Shown here: positions 11,289 to 21,944 of the stretch, one piece after another | Numbering within the stretch: position 1 is the stretch's first letter | Layout: every line of letters starts with the position of its first letter | Source of the DNA: a virus | Taxonomy: Duplodnaviria; Caudoviricetes | Direction: 5' to 3' (one strand) | Length of the DNA: 64,000 nt | Virus record (IMG/VR): IMGVR_UViG_3300010348_000820 | Span: 4,820 to 68,819 of that record | The notes under the pieces: model-generated | Database searches by the model: none | Seen by the model: the letters and a program-made list of their open reading frames with translations, nothing else | Told to the model about the DNA's origin: nothing | Program-made: the position numbers and the translations under genes

Positions 11289-11515
11289 TAATTTCCTCGT
11301 AAATTTTAGTTAAAAAACATCATAAAACTATCTTTTTATGTAAAAAAAATAAGCACACGATGTCATATCGTATGCTTATTATTTACCCAAAATATTATCA
11401 TAAGTTTTAATTTTAAATTATCTCTTTCCTATAAATCCAGAGACGCATAAAAGTATGCTTAAAATTACAAATCCTATCATTACAATTATTATATATTCCA
11501 TATATAATCTTTTAC

Positions 11516-12217
11516 TTATACGTCTTCTATTAAAGGTTCATTCCCATCGTGCTGAGCTATCCAAAAAGGCTTATATACTTTTTGCCAAATATATCCGTTA
11601 GCTTCTTTAGTTTCATCACCTTTTAAGAATACTTCTCCTTTTGTAGCATAATATAGAAGATCGCCCGCTGGAGTATATCTTACACCGGCAGTATCAGCAC
11701 ATACTCGAATATTATGTGTTAATTTATTTTCTTCTGTCGGAACAACTATAGTATCACTTGTATCGGCAACTTCTTCTATAGGATTTTGGATATTTATAGT
11801 ATTTTCATTTCCATAATCAAGTATATACGATGTTGGATCAAAAAATTTGTTATTCGTATCTCTTACTTCAAAATGGAGATGAGTACCTGTAGAAAACCCA
11901 GTTGTTCCCATTATTCCAATAATCATACCTCTTGTAATTTCAAATCCTATAGGGAAATTAACTTCTGTAGAAAGATGAGCATATAAAGAATATCCCCAAC
12001 TATGTTTTATTTTAATATAATTGCCATATCCTTTTGCATCAAATCCTACCTTTTCTACAGTGCCATCGTCACAAGAACGTATGTTTCTATCATCAGAATA
12101 ATAATCTATACCGCCATTATAAGTAATCTCAGGGTGTTCTGAAGCATATTGCAGATGGTCGTTATAAGTATAAGTTACTTGATAATTACCTCTAACAGGT
12201 CTTTCTATATTTTCCAT
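11516..12217 (-). CDS. M23 peptidase endolysin with SH3b-like C-terminal domain
   Basis: YNGGIDY, SLYAHL, STGTHLHFEVR (HxH) M23 motifs; adjacent to two holin-like genes. Confidence 0.85.
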   Translation of the reverse strand: MENIERPVRGNYQVTYTYNDHLQYASEHPEITYNGGIDYYSDDRNIRSCDDGTVEKVGFDAKGYGNYIKIKHSWGYSLYAHLSTEVNFPIGFEITRGMIIGIMGTTGFSTGTHLHFEVRDTNNKFFDPTSYILDYGNENTINIQNPIEEVADTSDTIVVPTEENKLTHNIRVCADTAGVRYTPAGDLLYYATKGEVFLKGDETKEANGYIWQKVYKPFWIAQHDGNEPLIEDV

Positions 12218-12235
12218 TATACCTCCAGTCTTAGC

Positions 12236-12622
12236 TTACTTTATTGTGCCAAACCTAATAAATAAAAAAGCTAATGCAACCGTTTGAGTAACTATTGCTC
12301 CTATTATACATAATAGAATTGCCCATAATTTGCTATTAACTTGAGTTTTTCTTTCCTTTTCTTTCTTTTCATCTTTAAGATGCTCATCAAGTTTTGTACC
12401 TAATGTATAGCAACTGTCTGTAATCCTATTTTCTAAAACATGATAGTTATCTGCAAATTTATTCTCTAAACTATGATAATTTTCTAAAATTCCAGGTTTA
12501 CCATTACCAAAGAACGCTTTATCTAAACGATCAACTACATTTTCAATTACCGATAATCTTGAATCGATTTTGCTAATAATAAAAGCCATATCAATAGTTT
12601 CAGCATTTTGTGGATCTGACAT
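12236..12622 (-). CDS. Holin-like / XhlA-like membrane protein
   Basis: Coiled-coil N-terminus plus single C-terminal TM segment (LWAILLCIIGAIVTQTVALAFLFI); upstream of endolysin. Confidence 0.55.
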   Translation of the reverse strand: MSDPQNAETIDMAFIISKIDSRLSVIENVVDRLDKAFFGNGKPGILENYHSLENKFADNYHVLENRITDSCYTLGTKLDEHLKDEKKEKERKTQVNSKLWAILLCIIGAIVTQTVALAFLFIRFGTIK

Positions 12623-12647
12623 AGTTTCTCCTTTTATATGCTGAATT

Positions 12648-13094
12648 TTATTCGATGTTTTTTTCTATGGGCGCAGCAGAAGCCTTGCTTGCATAAACAG
12701 CAGCCTCAATACTTCCGTCTATAATGCTCTTAAGTTTTTCATCTTCAGTATTGATACCTGCTAATTTTAATGCATCATATACGTATTTAGTAGCAGCATC
12801 TTTTTTAGCCTGTCCTTTTTCTATTTTGCCTATTGCATTCAACTGCTCTGCATATTGATAACCCCTTTGGCAATATTCAATAATCTTATCAATAAGAGGC
12901 AAATATGATGTATTAGGTACAAATGTTTGTAAACTATCCACAACTTTATCCGCAGCATCTAAACCACTGGAAACAAGTTCCATCGTTTTATCAACATCAA
13001 ACCCTTTTTTCTTTAAATAAGGAAGCAATAAAACTAATACTGCAAACACAGCCAGCACAACACTAATAATAATCAATAAATCTTTAATTTCCAT
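12648..13094 (-). CDS. Holin (LL-H-like)
   Basis: N-terminal TM helix, GQAKKDAA...IDGSIEAAVY pattern typical of LL-H family holins. Confidence 0.65.
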   Translation of the reverse strand: MEIKDLLIIISVVLAVFAVLVLLLPYLKKKGFDVDKTMELVSSGLDAADKVVDSLQTFVPNTSYLPLIDKIIEYCQRGYQYAEQLNAIGKIEKGQAKKDAATKYVYDALKLAGINTEDEKLKSIIDGSIEAAVYASKASAAPIEKNIE

Positions 13095-13123
13095 TTATTT
13101 CTCCTTAATCAATAACATTAAAG

Positions 13124-13318
13124 TTATAATTCGGATTCATATTTTGCTGGGCGATTATGCTTATTTATAATCAATTTTTTATAGCCACATTCAATACATT
13201 TTTCATAATCTTCAGAATAACTTATCCCATCCTTGTCTTTACTAACTTCAGTGACTAATTCCAGCGTTCCAAAACATTCTGGACATTTCCTTTTTAAAGT
13301 CTTTCTAATTTTTCCCAT
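13124..13318 (-). CDS. Small zinc-ribbon protein
   Basis: 64 aa with CPEC and CIEC pairs. Confidence 0.55.
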   Translation of the reverse strand: MGKIRKTLKRKCPECFGTLELVTEVSKDKDGISYSEDYEKCIECGYKKLIINKHNRPAKYESEL

Positions 13319-13325
13319 ATAATAC

Positions 13326-13916
13326 TTATTCTTCTTTAGCTTTACCTTGCTTTTTTGTTAGCTTTTTTTCTTTTAATTCTATAGGAGCATTTTTTAACTC
13401 ATCAGTTTTGTCTTGAATAGATTTTAGTAATTTACTAATTCCTTCTTCAGATAAATCTAATGTACCAATATAATTTATAAGATCTATAGTCTTATTAGCA
13501 AGTTTATTTATTGAATTACCAATACTACGCTTTTGATATTCATAATTAACAATATTTTTCAAATCTAAAATAAAATCATTATAATTATCTATATTATTTT
13601 TGATTAAATCCCATAAGCCACCATTTACAATATTATCAAAATTTTCCACATCATAATCAACATTCGTATTCGATGATAAAATTCCAATAATCATTGACCA
13701 TTGTGCCTGATAGTAATTTTCACATATATTAAATTCTTCATTAAATAATGTTTCAATATAATTTTTAGATAAATCTAACTTGACTTCTTCTTTTAAATAT
13801 GGTAATATGATTATATCATTTTTCTGAAATTCAATAATTTTTTCTTTTTTGCCTTCAAAGGGAAATTTTACTTTATTTTCGACTTTTTTACCTTCTAAGG
13901 GAAACTTTTCTTTCAT
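13326..13916 (-). CDS. Hypothetical protein
   Basis: 196 aa; begins with duplicated KFP(L/F)EGKK motif. Confidence 0.55.
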   Translation of the reverse strand: MKEKFPLEGKKVENKVKFPFEGKKEKIIEFQKNDIIILPYLKEEVKLDLSKNYIETLFNEEFNICENYYQAQWSMIIGILSSNTNVDYDVENFDNIVNGGLWDLIKNNIDNYNDFILDLKNIVNYEYQKRSIGNSINKLANKTIDLINYIGTLDLSEEGISKLLKSIQDKTDELKNAPIELKEKKLTKKQGKAKEE

Positions 13917-13966
13917 GTTTAAATTTTCATCCTCTTTATTTGGGGAGGGGATTAAATCCCCTCCTT

Positions 13967-14152
13967 CTATTTTTTTACCTCAAAAAGTTTGCATACTTTA
14001 CCAGTACTATCCGTACCAGCCTCAAAGCAATTAAGTTTTTTACACCATTTTGCAAACTGGCAAGCATTTCCTTTGTTACTTTCATGAAAGCATATAAAGA
14101 AAATACCCGTTTCACCTTTCGGCGTTATCTGCTCGCCGTATTTGCATATCAT
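13967..14152 (-). CDS. Small Cys-rich hypothetical protein
   Basis: 61 aa, six Cys, follows tail tube gene with 5-nt gap. Confidence 0.5.
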   Translation of the reverse strand: MICKYGEQITPKGETGIFFICFHESNKGNACQFAKWCKKLNCFEAGTDSTGKVCKLFEVKK

Positions 14153-14157
14153 AGCAA

Positions 14158-15183
14158 TTACGCAACATTAATCATTACATAATCAACAAGCGATCCACTC
14201 GGATAATTCACATCGATTCGGATTGTTTCATCAATTGTAGTAGAGCTTGCTGAAGTACTAATTAAACCTGTAGTAGCTCCTACTGTAATTCCAGATCCTG
14301 AACTACCAGATCGCGTAAATGTACAATCAGAAGTAATATTTGTATTTGCATACACGCCACCTCTAATGCCTAAAACGCTAATCTGTGTAGATTCGGCTGT
14401 GCCCTTAGCCCAAGAAATTGTGCTTGGAACAGCGGCAATACTGGAATAAGTAGTTGTTGAAGAAACAGGAATATATGTAACTTTAGCATAATAATCGCCA
14501 GATGTACAATCATTAGCTGTAGAAACAAGTGCTTTACCTTCTAATGTTTCATTGCTAACACCATCGGCAGCAAAGTCTAAAGTGTAATTACCAGCAACTT
14601 GGAATCGCGGAACATTGATTTGCAAGTATTTCTTAACAGTTGTCTGATCACTTGCTCGAATTTCAGCGATTAATGTAAGGTCAACAATTGAAGGAGGCTT
14701 TACGGATTCAATAGTAATCTGATCAGCACTCTTGCTTGTCACATAGACAGCAGTAACAATCTGACTATTTGCTCCACTAACTGTAATATTTTTGACAGTA
14801 GGTGTTACAGTTTGAATAGAACCATCAGCTAAGAACACTTCGACATTACCAACTGGAGTAAGCGTAATCACGCCAGATCCTGAGGATGATAATGACACAC
14901 AATCGGTTTGAAGAACATTAACTGCCCCTGTAGAAACTGTTGCTCCAGCATTTAACGCTAAAATTGTTTCTGTAAAAATTGCTTGATTGACTGTAATTCC
15001 AAGCTCACGAGTATGATAGTAGCTATAGATTAGAGGGTTGTTAATACCAGCTCTAACATCTGCACTACTCATACTAAGATTAAAAGCAGAACTAATATTA
15101 GCCTTTCCGTAAGCAATCCCCGCCTTAGTTTGCGGATCTCTTAATATTACATCTGCAACTGAAACTAAAAATTCATTTGTCAT
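14158..15183 (-). CDS. Major tail tube protein with C-terminal Ig-like domain
   Basis: 341 aa beta-rich; INVPRFQVAGNYTLDF tail-tube pattern; position after neck genes; strong RBS. Confidence 0.7.
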   Translation of the reverse strand: MTNEFLVSVADVILRDPQTKAGIAYGKANISSAFNLSMSSADVRAGINNPLIYSYYHTRELGITVNQAIFTETILALNAGATVSTGAVNVLQTDCVSLSSSGSGVITLTPVGNVEVFLADGSIQTVTPTVKNITVSGANSQIVTAVYVTSKSADQITIESVKPPSIVDLTLIAEIRASDQTTVKKYLQINVPRFQVAGNYTLDFAADGVSNETLEGKALVSTANDCTSGDYYAKVTYIPVSSTTTYSSIAAVPSTISWAKGTAESTQISVLGIRGGVYANTNITSDCTFTRSGSSGSGITVGATTGLISTSASSTTIDETIRIDVNYPSGSLVDYVMINVA

Positions 15184-15200
15184 AATTTTATTTTCTCCTT

Positions 15201-16022
15201 TTAAGTAGATATTATTCCATCGCTGTTGGCATCAAAACCAGAGTCTTTCATAAAGCTCTTCGCATCAACCAAAATTGAAGCATAGCGTGATTTCGCGTTT
15301 TCGGTATGAGTAAGATAATGAGCGATTAATTCTTTCTTATTTTTTGATTGTATTTGTCCACTAATTTCCAAAGGTTTTAGCAATTTATAAGTAAGAAGCA
15401 TCGTTTCTCTCTCAAACCGATTCTTATATTGATATAGCGATAATTCGCCAACCTCATTTTCCGATAATCCGGTCATAGCACAAAAAGTATATATTTCATC
15501 TTTTAAATCAAGAGAAATATTGTTGTTCATAAATTCTAATCTTTTTTCTAACTCTGGATTATAAGATTCTATATAATCTAAGCTCGATCCATTTTGCTCC
15601 AATATGATTTCACGTATATCATCAAATTCTTGTTCATTAAAATCAGAATTTTCTATAAATATACGAAAACTAAGTTTCTCAAAAGGATCTTCAATTTCTT
15701 TTATTTCTTTGTATCTAATTTCAACATTTTCAGATTTTGTAACTTCTTGTAAAAGTGTTGCTAAATCTTCAATTAGATTTATATCTTCATATGCTTGTTG
15801 GATCACATAAAACAGAAATTTTAAGTAACTCATTCTCAAAACGGTTCTGTCTGGAATATAGTTTTTTGGATGCCACATTAATCGTTGATATTTTTCTTTC
15901 AATTCAATTTGATTTAATTTTATTGGATAAAATTTTATACCCTTATATATTTGTGGCAAACCAAAAATATCATTTTCTGGTTTATATATTTTTTTTACTT
16001 TATTATTCATTATCCAATCCAA
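15201..16022 (-). CDS. Hypothetical neck/tail assembly protein
   Basis: 273 aa in structural operon between neck and tail tube genes. Confidence 0.5.
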   Translation of the reverse strand: MDWIMNNKVKKIYKPENDIFGLPQIYKGIKFYPIKLNQIELKEKYQRLMWHPKNYIPDRTVLRMSYLKFLFYVIQQAYEDINLIEDLATLLQEVTKSENVEIRYKEIKEIEDPFEKLSFRIFIENSDFNEQEFDDIREIILEQNGSSLDYIESYNPELEKRLEFMNNNISLDLKDEIYTFCAMTGLSENEVGELSLYQYKNRFERETMLLTYKLLKPLEISGQIQSKNKKELIAHYLTHTENAKSRYASILVDAKSFMKDSGFDANSDGIIST

Positions 16023-16588
16023 TTCGTCATAACAACCATATTTCCTCTATAAGGAATATTACCTCCCATAGAAGTTACCATTTTACATCGGGCACTTGCT
16101 CTCGAATCAAAATGCAATCTTCCTAAATATCCTACTTCTGCTCCATTAAAAACTTCTATAATTTGCTGAGAAAGTACTTGTAATCTCGATTGATAATTGC
16201 TTAAAGTTGATATAGAAAAATGCGTATATATTTCAAATCCCATAAAGATTCTCCCATATATATGATTCGTAGGAGTTAATTCAATAGGTGTTATTCTTAA
16301 AATAGATATTTTCTCATTTATTGATTGATCCATTCCAAAATCGAAGAATATTCTAAATCTTGAATAATCGGGATCTAAATCTCCATTATTTACCATTTCA
16401 CCTTTTTCTTTTACCGTAAGATTAGGGTGTGCGCTATCATTTTTATAAGCATCTTTATCATTATATTTTAGCAATTTCCATATTAGCTCATTATTATCCA
16501 TCATATATTTTACGCAATTGTACGATATTAAAGGATAATCTTCATATTTATTGTATACATCTGCTCGCATATCTGTCATATTTACCAC
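16010..16588 (-). CDS. Putative tail terminator/completion protein
   Basis: 192 aa; synteny in head-tail connector block. Confidence 0.45.
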   Translation of the reverse strand: MVNMTDMRADVYNKYEDYPLISYNCVKYMMDNNELIWKLLKYNDKDAYKNDSAHPNLTVKEKGEMVNNGDLDPDYSRFRIFFDFGMDQSINEKISILRITPIELTPTNHIYGRIFMGFEIYTHFSISTLSNYQSRLQVLSQQIIEVFNGAEVGYLGRLHFDSRASARCKMVTSMGGNIPYRGNMVVMTNWIG

Positions 16589-17619
16589 CTTCCAAGTAAT
16601 GAAATTTCAAATATTCTGCTTCCAGAACTACCAGAGCATAATATATTTAAGGGATAGTCTAAATACATTTCTGTATTATCTACTTTGAAAGTGTTATCAC
16701 TTAAGACAGAAAAGTCATAATATTGTTGAGGGACATTATTATCTGCTATGGAAAATACAAAACTCCCTGATATAATGCTACTACCACTATAATAACGAAC
16801 GTCAAACGTTTGTGATTCTCCCTCTAAAATTTCTCCATTATTAGGATTAACTACAATCGCGCTTACTGCTGAAGAACTTCCAGATGTAATATAAAGATAT
16901 CTGTCTGCTATGCCATTTACTAAGTCATCTAAACTTTCATTCACATAATCAATTTCCATTTTCAATTCAAGCAATTTAGAGCTATTATTATCATAGGTAC
17001 TTGTATTTAGAAAATTGCGTATACCTCCCCCTGCAACTCTAAAGGCTACCCATTTATTCTGATTCCCGATAATAAATCTTCTGTTTTCTGTAATCGTGCT
17101 CGTTTTGCTATTCTGTTGCAAATAAACCTTTATTGCACCATTTGGTGTAACTAAATTATCAGAAGACATATTATTATCAGTGCCTGCTATTTCATATTCT
17201 ATAGCACAGGGTTCGGAATATACTGAAGATCCAGAAATAGACATCCATCGCAAAACATTATTACATCTCCTGACTGTTAAAGAAGAAGTTAGTGTTTTTA
17301 TATTTTCAAGATTCCATCCAATCCATGTATTATCTGAAAAAACATATTTTTTGCCAACAAATACTTCGTGAGTAATATCTGGAAATAAAATCCTTTTAAA
17401 ATCATCGCCTAATCTTGTCTGTGTAAGCACATCCAAAGCAGAGGTTATTCTTACTTTGCTTGTTACAAATGATCCTGATCCTATTATATTTTCTTCTTCT
17501 ATATAATAAATATCTGAACTAACATCAAATAGATCAACTACAGACGCCTGAAAATGATCTATTAATACTGCAGAGGCGCTCATGTTCTCGTTAGGCATAG
17601 GGTAATATTTAAGTCCCAT
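16582..17619 (-). CDS. Putative head closure/neck protein with Ig-like C-terminal domain
   Basis: Start re-called at ATG 17619 (MGLKYYP) with RBS AAGGAGG; C-terminal IVVNP...LEGESQTFDV Ig-like segment; many SGS motifs. Confidence 0.55.
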   Translation of the reverse strand: MGLKYYPMPNENMSASAVLIDHFQASVVDLFDVSSDIYYIEEENIIGSGSFVTSKVRITSALDVLTQTRLGDDFKRILFPDITHEVFVGKKYVFSDNTWIGWNLENIKTLTSSLTVRRCNNVLRWMSISGSSVYSEPCAIEYEIAGTDNNMSSDNLVTPNGAIKVYLQQNSKTSTITENRRFIIGNQNKWVAFRVAGGGIRNFLNTSTYDNNSSKLLELKMEIDYVNESLDDLVNGIADRYLYITSGSSSAVSAIVVNPNNGEILEGESQTFDVRYYSGSSIISGSFVFSIADNNVPQQYYDFSVLSDNTFKVDNTEMYLDYPLNILCSGSSGSRIFEISLLGRW

Positions 17620-17632
17620 CCATTGCACCTCC

Positions 17633-18112
17633 TTAGTAAACTGTGGTATCAAACATCTGATTATACCAATTGCCAAAATTGGTTCTTTTATATGAATAAT
17701 TTATCAATGCTTGACTTATTTCTTCTTGTAATGCGGAGTAATAATCTTGTTTGGACTTCAAATTCTGTGCCGCAGAGAATGTTTTAAAATCTCTATCACT
17801 AATAACATTGGAAATTTGCACAAGATCCTTAATTGTCTTTTCAAGCCAATATTTAGTCATTAATAATGATAGCATAACTTTATTTGGAATATTCAAATCT
17901 TCTGTAAAATATCCAATATTGCTCCCTGAACTTGTAACATAAGTTAATGTTTGATCTGCAAAATCAGAAAATTCATTAATTGCAAAAATCAACCAAGGCT
18001 CAACATAGATTGTTAAAGTAGAAGATCCAGAAGAAGAATATACAACGTCAAGTTTATGATCTCTTATTCGTGATAAAAATAAATCAACTATATCAGAACT
18101 TTGTGTAGACAA
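17633..18112 (-). CDS. Putative head-tail adaptor protein
   Basis: 159 aa helical; RDFKTFSAAQNL motif; synteny downstream of capsid genes. Confidence 0.55.
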   Translation of the reverse strand: MSTQSSDIVDLFLSRIRDHKLDVVYSSSGSSTLTIYVEPWLIFAINEFSDFADQTLTYVTSSGSNIGYFTEDLNIPNKVMLSLLMTKYWLEKTIKDLVQISNVISDRDFKTFSAAQNLKSKQDYYSALQEEISQALINYSYKRTNFGNWYNQMFDTTVY

Positions 18113-18179
18113 ATTTTCCTCCTTTCTATCGTTGTAATAGAAGAGAGTACCACTTTGACGCGATACTCTCTGTTGTAGT

Positions 18180-19277
18180 TTAAAATTTATAAGGTTTATC
18201 TATTAGTTTTTGATATAAATCAATTCTCTCTTTCACATGCAAATCTATATCTTGTGTTAAGGCAAATTGATAGCCAATATCTTCAGCTCTTTCTTTGTAA
18301 ATGGAAAGATTATCTATAGCATTAGAAATTGCATTTTCCCAATTTTCTTTTCCATTCTCTGTAAAAGAGCCATACTCACGTAAATGGTTATAATTGGGAT
18401 AGTCAGATGCAACAAAAGGAACTTTCAAAGCTAAGCATTCCAAAGGTTTAATTTGGCTTCTTCGTTTATCATATTCACCAGCTAAAGGAATTGTACAAAT
18501 ATCAATACTTTTAATTAATGCGGGATATTGTTGATCTGGGACAAAAGCACAAAACATTTTTTTATTATCTGCAATATCCAGTTCGTCATAAACTTTCTTA
18601 TCACCTGTAATAAGCACTTTTACATTAGGATATTTCTTGCATATTTTTCTATATGCCATCATAATCCCCGAACCTGCAAATGAATATCTATGTGATAAAC
18701 TTCCTGACCATCCAATCCAGATTTCTTTTTCAGAATGAGGGAATAAAGGTTTTACATCTTTATATCTATCTATTACTATATTATTATGAATGAAATACGT
18801 ATCATTCCAGTCAGCCCAATCATCGCATAATGCTTGTGATACCGTCTGTAAGCCTTTACTCATATGCACACCCCATTCCAATTGTATTTTCGGAATAGGG
18901 TTTATATAATTTATAAATTCTTCGCCTTTTTCATTCTTTCCTTTTATCTCTCCAAATTCCCAAAAATTATAAGCAGGATTGTCTTTATGCAATTTTCTAT
19001 AAGCATCATCAAATATTACACCAATACTTTTCCCACGAACTTTCCAAAACATCATCATTGTTAATGTATCTTGAAATAAATTTCTTTCAACCATAATAAT
19101 ATCTGCTTTAGAGCAAAGTTCTTGTGTTTCAGGGGAATTTCTTATAAATTCATTTATATGTATATACCGTGCAGTATGAACTCCTGTCTTATTAATAGCA
19201 TTCGTTGGATTTATACAATTGTGCAAGCTGCAATTAAATTCATGCGGTAAGTCCGCATATATATAGAGTACAAAAAT
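18180..19277 (-). CDS. Glycosyltransferase (GT-B fold, GT4-like)
   Basis: IGWSGSLSH and DICTIPL...RRSQIKPLECLALKVPFVASD motifs. Frame stays open upstream of the called TTG (19226) to an ATT at 19277 that lies 5 nt after TAGGAGGT, adding FVLYIYADLPHEFNCS. Confidence 0.8.
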   Translation of the reverse strand: MFVLYIYADLPHEFNCSLHNCINPTNAINKTGVHTARYIHINEFIRNSPETQELCSKADIIMVERNLFQDTLTMMMFWKVRGKSIGVIFDDAYRKLHKDNPAYNFWEFGEIKGKNEKGEEFINYINPIPKIQLEWGVHMSKGLQTVSQALCDDWADWNDTYFIHNNIVIDRYKDVKPLFPHSEKEIWIGWSGSLSHRYSFAGSGIMMAYRKICKKYPNVKVLITGDKKVYDELDIADNKKMFCAFVPDQQYPALIKSIDICTIPLAGEYDKRRSQIKPLECLALKVPFVASDYPNYNHLREYGSFTENGKENWENAISNAIDNLSIYKERAEDIGYQFALTQDIDLHVKERIDLYQKLIDKPYKF

Positions 19278-19312
19278 AATATACCTCCTATGTTATATTA
19301 TTTGAGAGTTAA

Positions 19313-20041
19313 TTATTCTGACTCTTTCATCATATTGTCTTTTATTTCTACACTTGCTTTTGCTTTTTCGACAATATTAACTCCACTAACTCGTGATAAT
19401 TTATCAATCAAATTATAATCAACAGGCTCATTGTTTATTATTTTCTTGATAATAAATTTTACAATCACTTCTTGCTGTTTCGGGTTAGCTTTCTGAAATA
19501 AGGATATAGCCGCTTCATCATTATTTAAAATCTTTTCAATTTGTTCTTTTGTCAAGATTTTCTTATAAGCGTCCTTTTTGCTTGCCATTGCAACTACCCT
19601 GTCATCTAATATGTAATAATAACCAGCTTCCAAAAAGTTTCTATGATGATTATTTATCTCCATAAGATCACTATATAGAATATCCTGCGTTTCGCCAAAT
19701 TCCTCAAAACTAAAAGTTTTCCCTAAACCGTGATCTCGTGTTGATAAATTTAATTTATTATCTATTAAACTCATAACCTTAATATATTCATTAGGCTGAA
19801 CTGTATTGACAATATTAGGATTAGGTTGATACTGTTGCGGAATTGTATCATGAGCATTGTTCATCATTGTTTGACTTTTAATAACTTCCAATTCCTTTTT
19901 TAACGATTCAATTGTTTCAGACAAGTTTTTAACTAATAAACTATCAGCAGTTAATTGATTTACTTCCTCATTATTTGTTTGTGCTTTTGTAGTTTTACGT
20001 TTAGAAACGACCTTGTCTAAAGACTCGGATTTTGTTTTCAT
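19313..20041 (-). CDS. Conserved post-capsid structural/assembly protein
   Basis: 242 aa directly downstream of major capsid gene, as in SPbeta-like phages. Confidence 0.5.
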   Translation of the reverse strand: MKTKSESLDKVVSKRKTTKAQTNNEEVNQLTADSLLVKNLSETIESLKKELEVIKSQTMMNNAHDTIPQQYQPNPNIVNTVQPNEYIKVMSLIDNKLNLSTRDHGLGKTFSFEEFGETQDILYSDLMEINNHHRNFLEAGYYYILDDRVVAMASKKDAYKKILTKEQIEKILNNDEAAISLFQKANPKQQEVIVKFIIKKIINNEPVDYNLIDKLSRVSGVNIVEKAKASVEIKDNMMKESE

Positions 20042-20127
20042 TTTTTCTCCTTACGCTATAGCGTAGTTTATAATATAAAGGGTGGATAAATATCTAATCT
20101 ATCCACTCTTTATTGTTCTTGATAAAT

Positions 20128-20159
20128 TAAGATAGTAGATATTTAATATCTACTATCTT
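20128..20159 (-). terminator. Perfect hairpin downstream of major capsid gene
   Basis: AAGATAGTAGATAT-TTA-ATATCTACTATCTT 14-bp inverted repeat; a second hairpin follows at about 20077-20112. Confidence 0.5.
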
Positions 20160-20177
20160 GTCATAATAGTACACAAA

Positions 20178-21296
20178 TTACAGAGTAATGAGTCCGCCTA
20201 CACTCGAAGTATGCACACCCGTTTTCCAGAACTTAGTTAATGTATTGGTCTGAGTGAGATTAGCATTAGCATATACATCGGATGTATTTGACATCATAGT
20301 TCCACCTATAACGCATTTAACAATTTTATCGGTACTAGGAGCAACAATCCATAAAGAAGTATCACTGAGCAGAGTACTAAACGGAGTTTCCCAATTTGCT
20401 ACCTGAGGAAGTTCTAATGTTGACATTGAACCTATTTGCCTTACATAACCTAATTTTACAAATGGGCTTTCAATATCATAACGATAGTTACCATCATCAG
20501 GAAAAACCTTGGACAAGGCAACTTTTGTACCGATCATAATAGGCTGAGCACCACCACTGAAAGCCTGAACTTTAGCAGCAAGTTTCATCATATCTTCCAT
20601 TGTGTAGCCTGTTACCTGCAATCCGGTTGTAGCATCTGTGCTTAAGGCTGACATTGCGGCAGCAAACGCATTATAAATATCTTTATACATTTCGGTTTCG
20701 ATTGAGCGCAGACATTTCGTGACAAATATGCCAAGAGATTCCTGTCCAGTTAAAACACGGAACAAAGATACATATGTTGAAACCATATGAGCTTCAGGAT
20801 TCAAAGTAACCTGACGTTCAAAGCCCTTATGAAGTTCAGCTTCGCGCATACCCATACGACCAGTTTTGGTTACTGGGAACAGATCACGAGAACGAATATC
20901 AAAGATGGCAGTTTCGCCCCAACCAACAGTACGAACTTCGCAGAAAGCAGAAGTTCCATCAATAATTGTTTGAGGAAGAACCGCATCAATTAATTGAGTT
21001 TCAATATTGCCAATAGCCCAGTTAATCATAGGATGGTTAGCCATTTGAGAAGGAGGCATAGATGTTACATCAATTCCTGAAAGTTTTGATACTTCTTTCA
21101 GAATAAGTTTCCCGAGGGCTTCCTCTTTTTGAGAAAAGCTAATCGGGTTGCCATCCTTGCCTGTTTTAGCATACGGATACTGTTTAGTGCCATTCTCTGA
21201 ACGATAGTGGTTCCAGAAATCAGCAAAATTTTCAAACAATGCTACAGATTCGTCATCTCTGCAAAAAGAGATAACGCTTTTTGGTAATTTAGTCAT
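20178..21296 (-). CDS. Major capsid protein
   Basis: 372 aa downstream of protease/scaffold and decoration genes; VRTVGWGETAIF and related SPbeta-like capsid features; strong RBS, downstream hairpins. Confidence 0.8.
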   Translation of the reverse strand: MTKLPKSVISFCRDDESVALFENFADFWNHYRSENGTKQYPYAKTGKDGNPISFSQKEEALGKLILKEVSKLSGIDVTSMPPSQMANHPMINWAIGNIETQLIDAVLPQTIIDGTSAFCEVRTVGWGETAIFDIRSRDLFPVTKTGRMGMREAELHKGFERQVTLNPEAHMVSTYVSLFRVLTGQESLGIFVTKCLRSIETEMYKDIYNAFAAAMSALSTDATTGLQVTGYTMEDMMKLAAKVQAFSGGAQPIMIGTKVALSKVFPDDGNYRYDIESPFVKLGYVRQIGSMSTLELPQVANWETPFSTLLSDTSLWIVAPSTDKIVKCVIGGTMMSNTSDVYANANLTQTNTLTKFWKTGVHTSSVGGLITL

Positions 21297-21358
21297 ATTT
21301 TATTCTCTCCTTTTTTATTATTAAAATATTAATTAGTCAGGTAAAAACATGACTGTAA

Positions 21359-21901
21359 TTATGCTTTATAAGCTTCTAGTTGGAATGCCACTATTCTTCC
21401 GTCACCAATTGCACTAGCTGACGCACAAGGAATATAAGTGGTTTTTAAATATTTCAAGCATTCGCCAGTAGACGGCGCAGCAGCCCATGCCCATTTAAAG
21501 TTACCAGTATCGTCAGGAACAGCATAAGCCTGAGGAGTTGCAGAGTCAAATGCTTCCGCAGTCAAAGTAATAATATCAACATTTGGCTCAAGTCTGAAAG
21601 CTGTAAAGACTTTACAAGCTGAAGTATAGAAATCCTGAATATTTCCAAGACCGTTATAAATATTATCCCCAGCAGTAGCAAAAGATAACTCAGGTTCACA
21701 TGCGATCCAGAGTCGAGTCTGGCTTGCACTTGACGGAGCTGTGGCTAAAAAGACTTCTCCTTCACCGGAAACACCTGTTTTTTGATTCAGGACAAAAATG
21801 TTTCCATTATCGATCGGTGAAGCACAAATTACAGGACGAAGCCGAGCATCAACATTTTTGGCTTCAACTTTACTCACTATTAAAACTGCATGATTTGCCA
21901 T
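21359..21901 (-). CDS. Head decoration/auxiliary capsid protein
   Basis: 180 aa beta-rich, between scaffold and MCP; IDNGNIF motif. Confidence 0.6.
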   Translation of the reverse strand: MANHAVLIVSKVEAKNVDARLRPVICASPIDNGNIFVLNQKTGVSGEGEVFLATAPSSASQTRLWIACEPELSFATAGDNIYNGLGNIQDFYTSACKVFTAFRLEPNVDIITLTAEAFDSATPQAYAVPDDTGNFKWAWAAAPSTGECLKYLKTTYIPCASASAIGDGRIVAFQLEAYKA

Positions 21902-21944
21902 ATTTTAAATTCTCCTTTTATATATATAATTAATAGGCTTTTAG

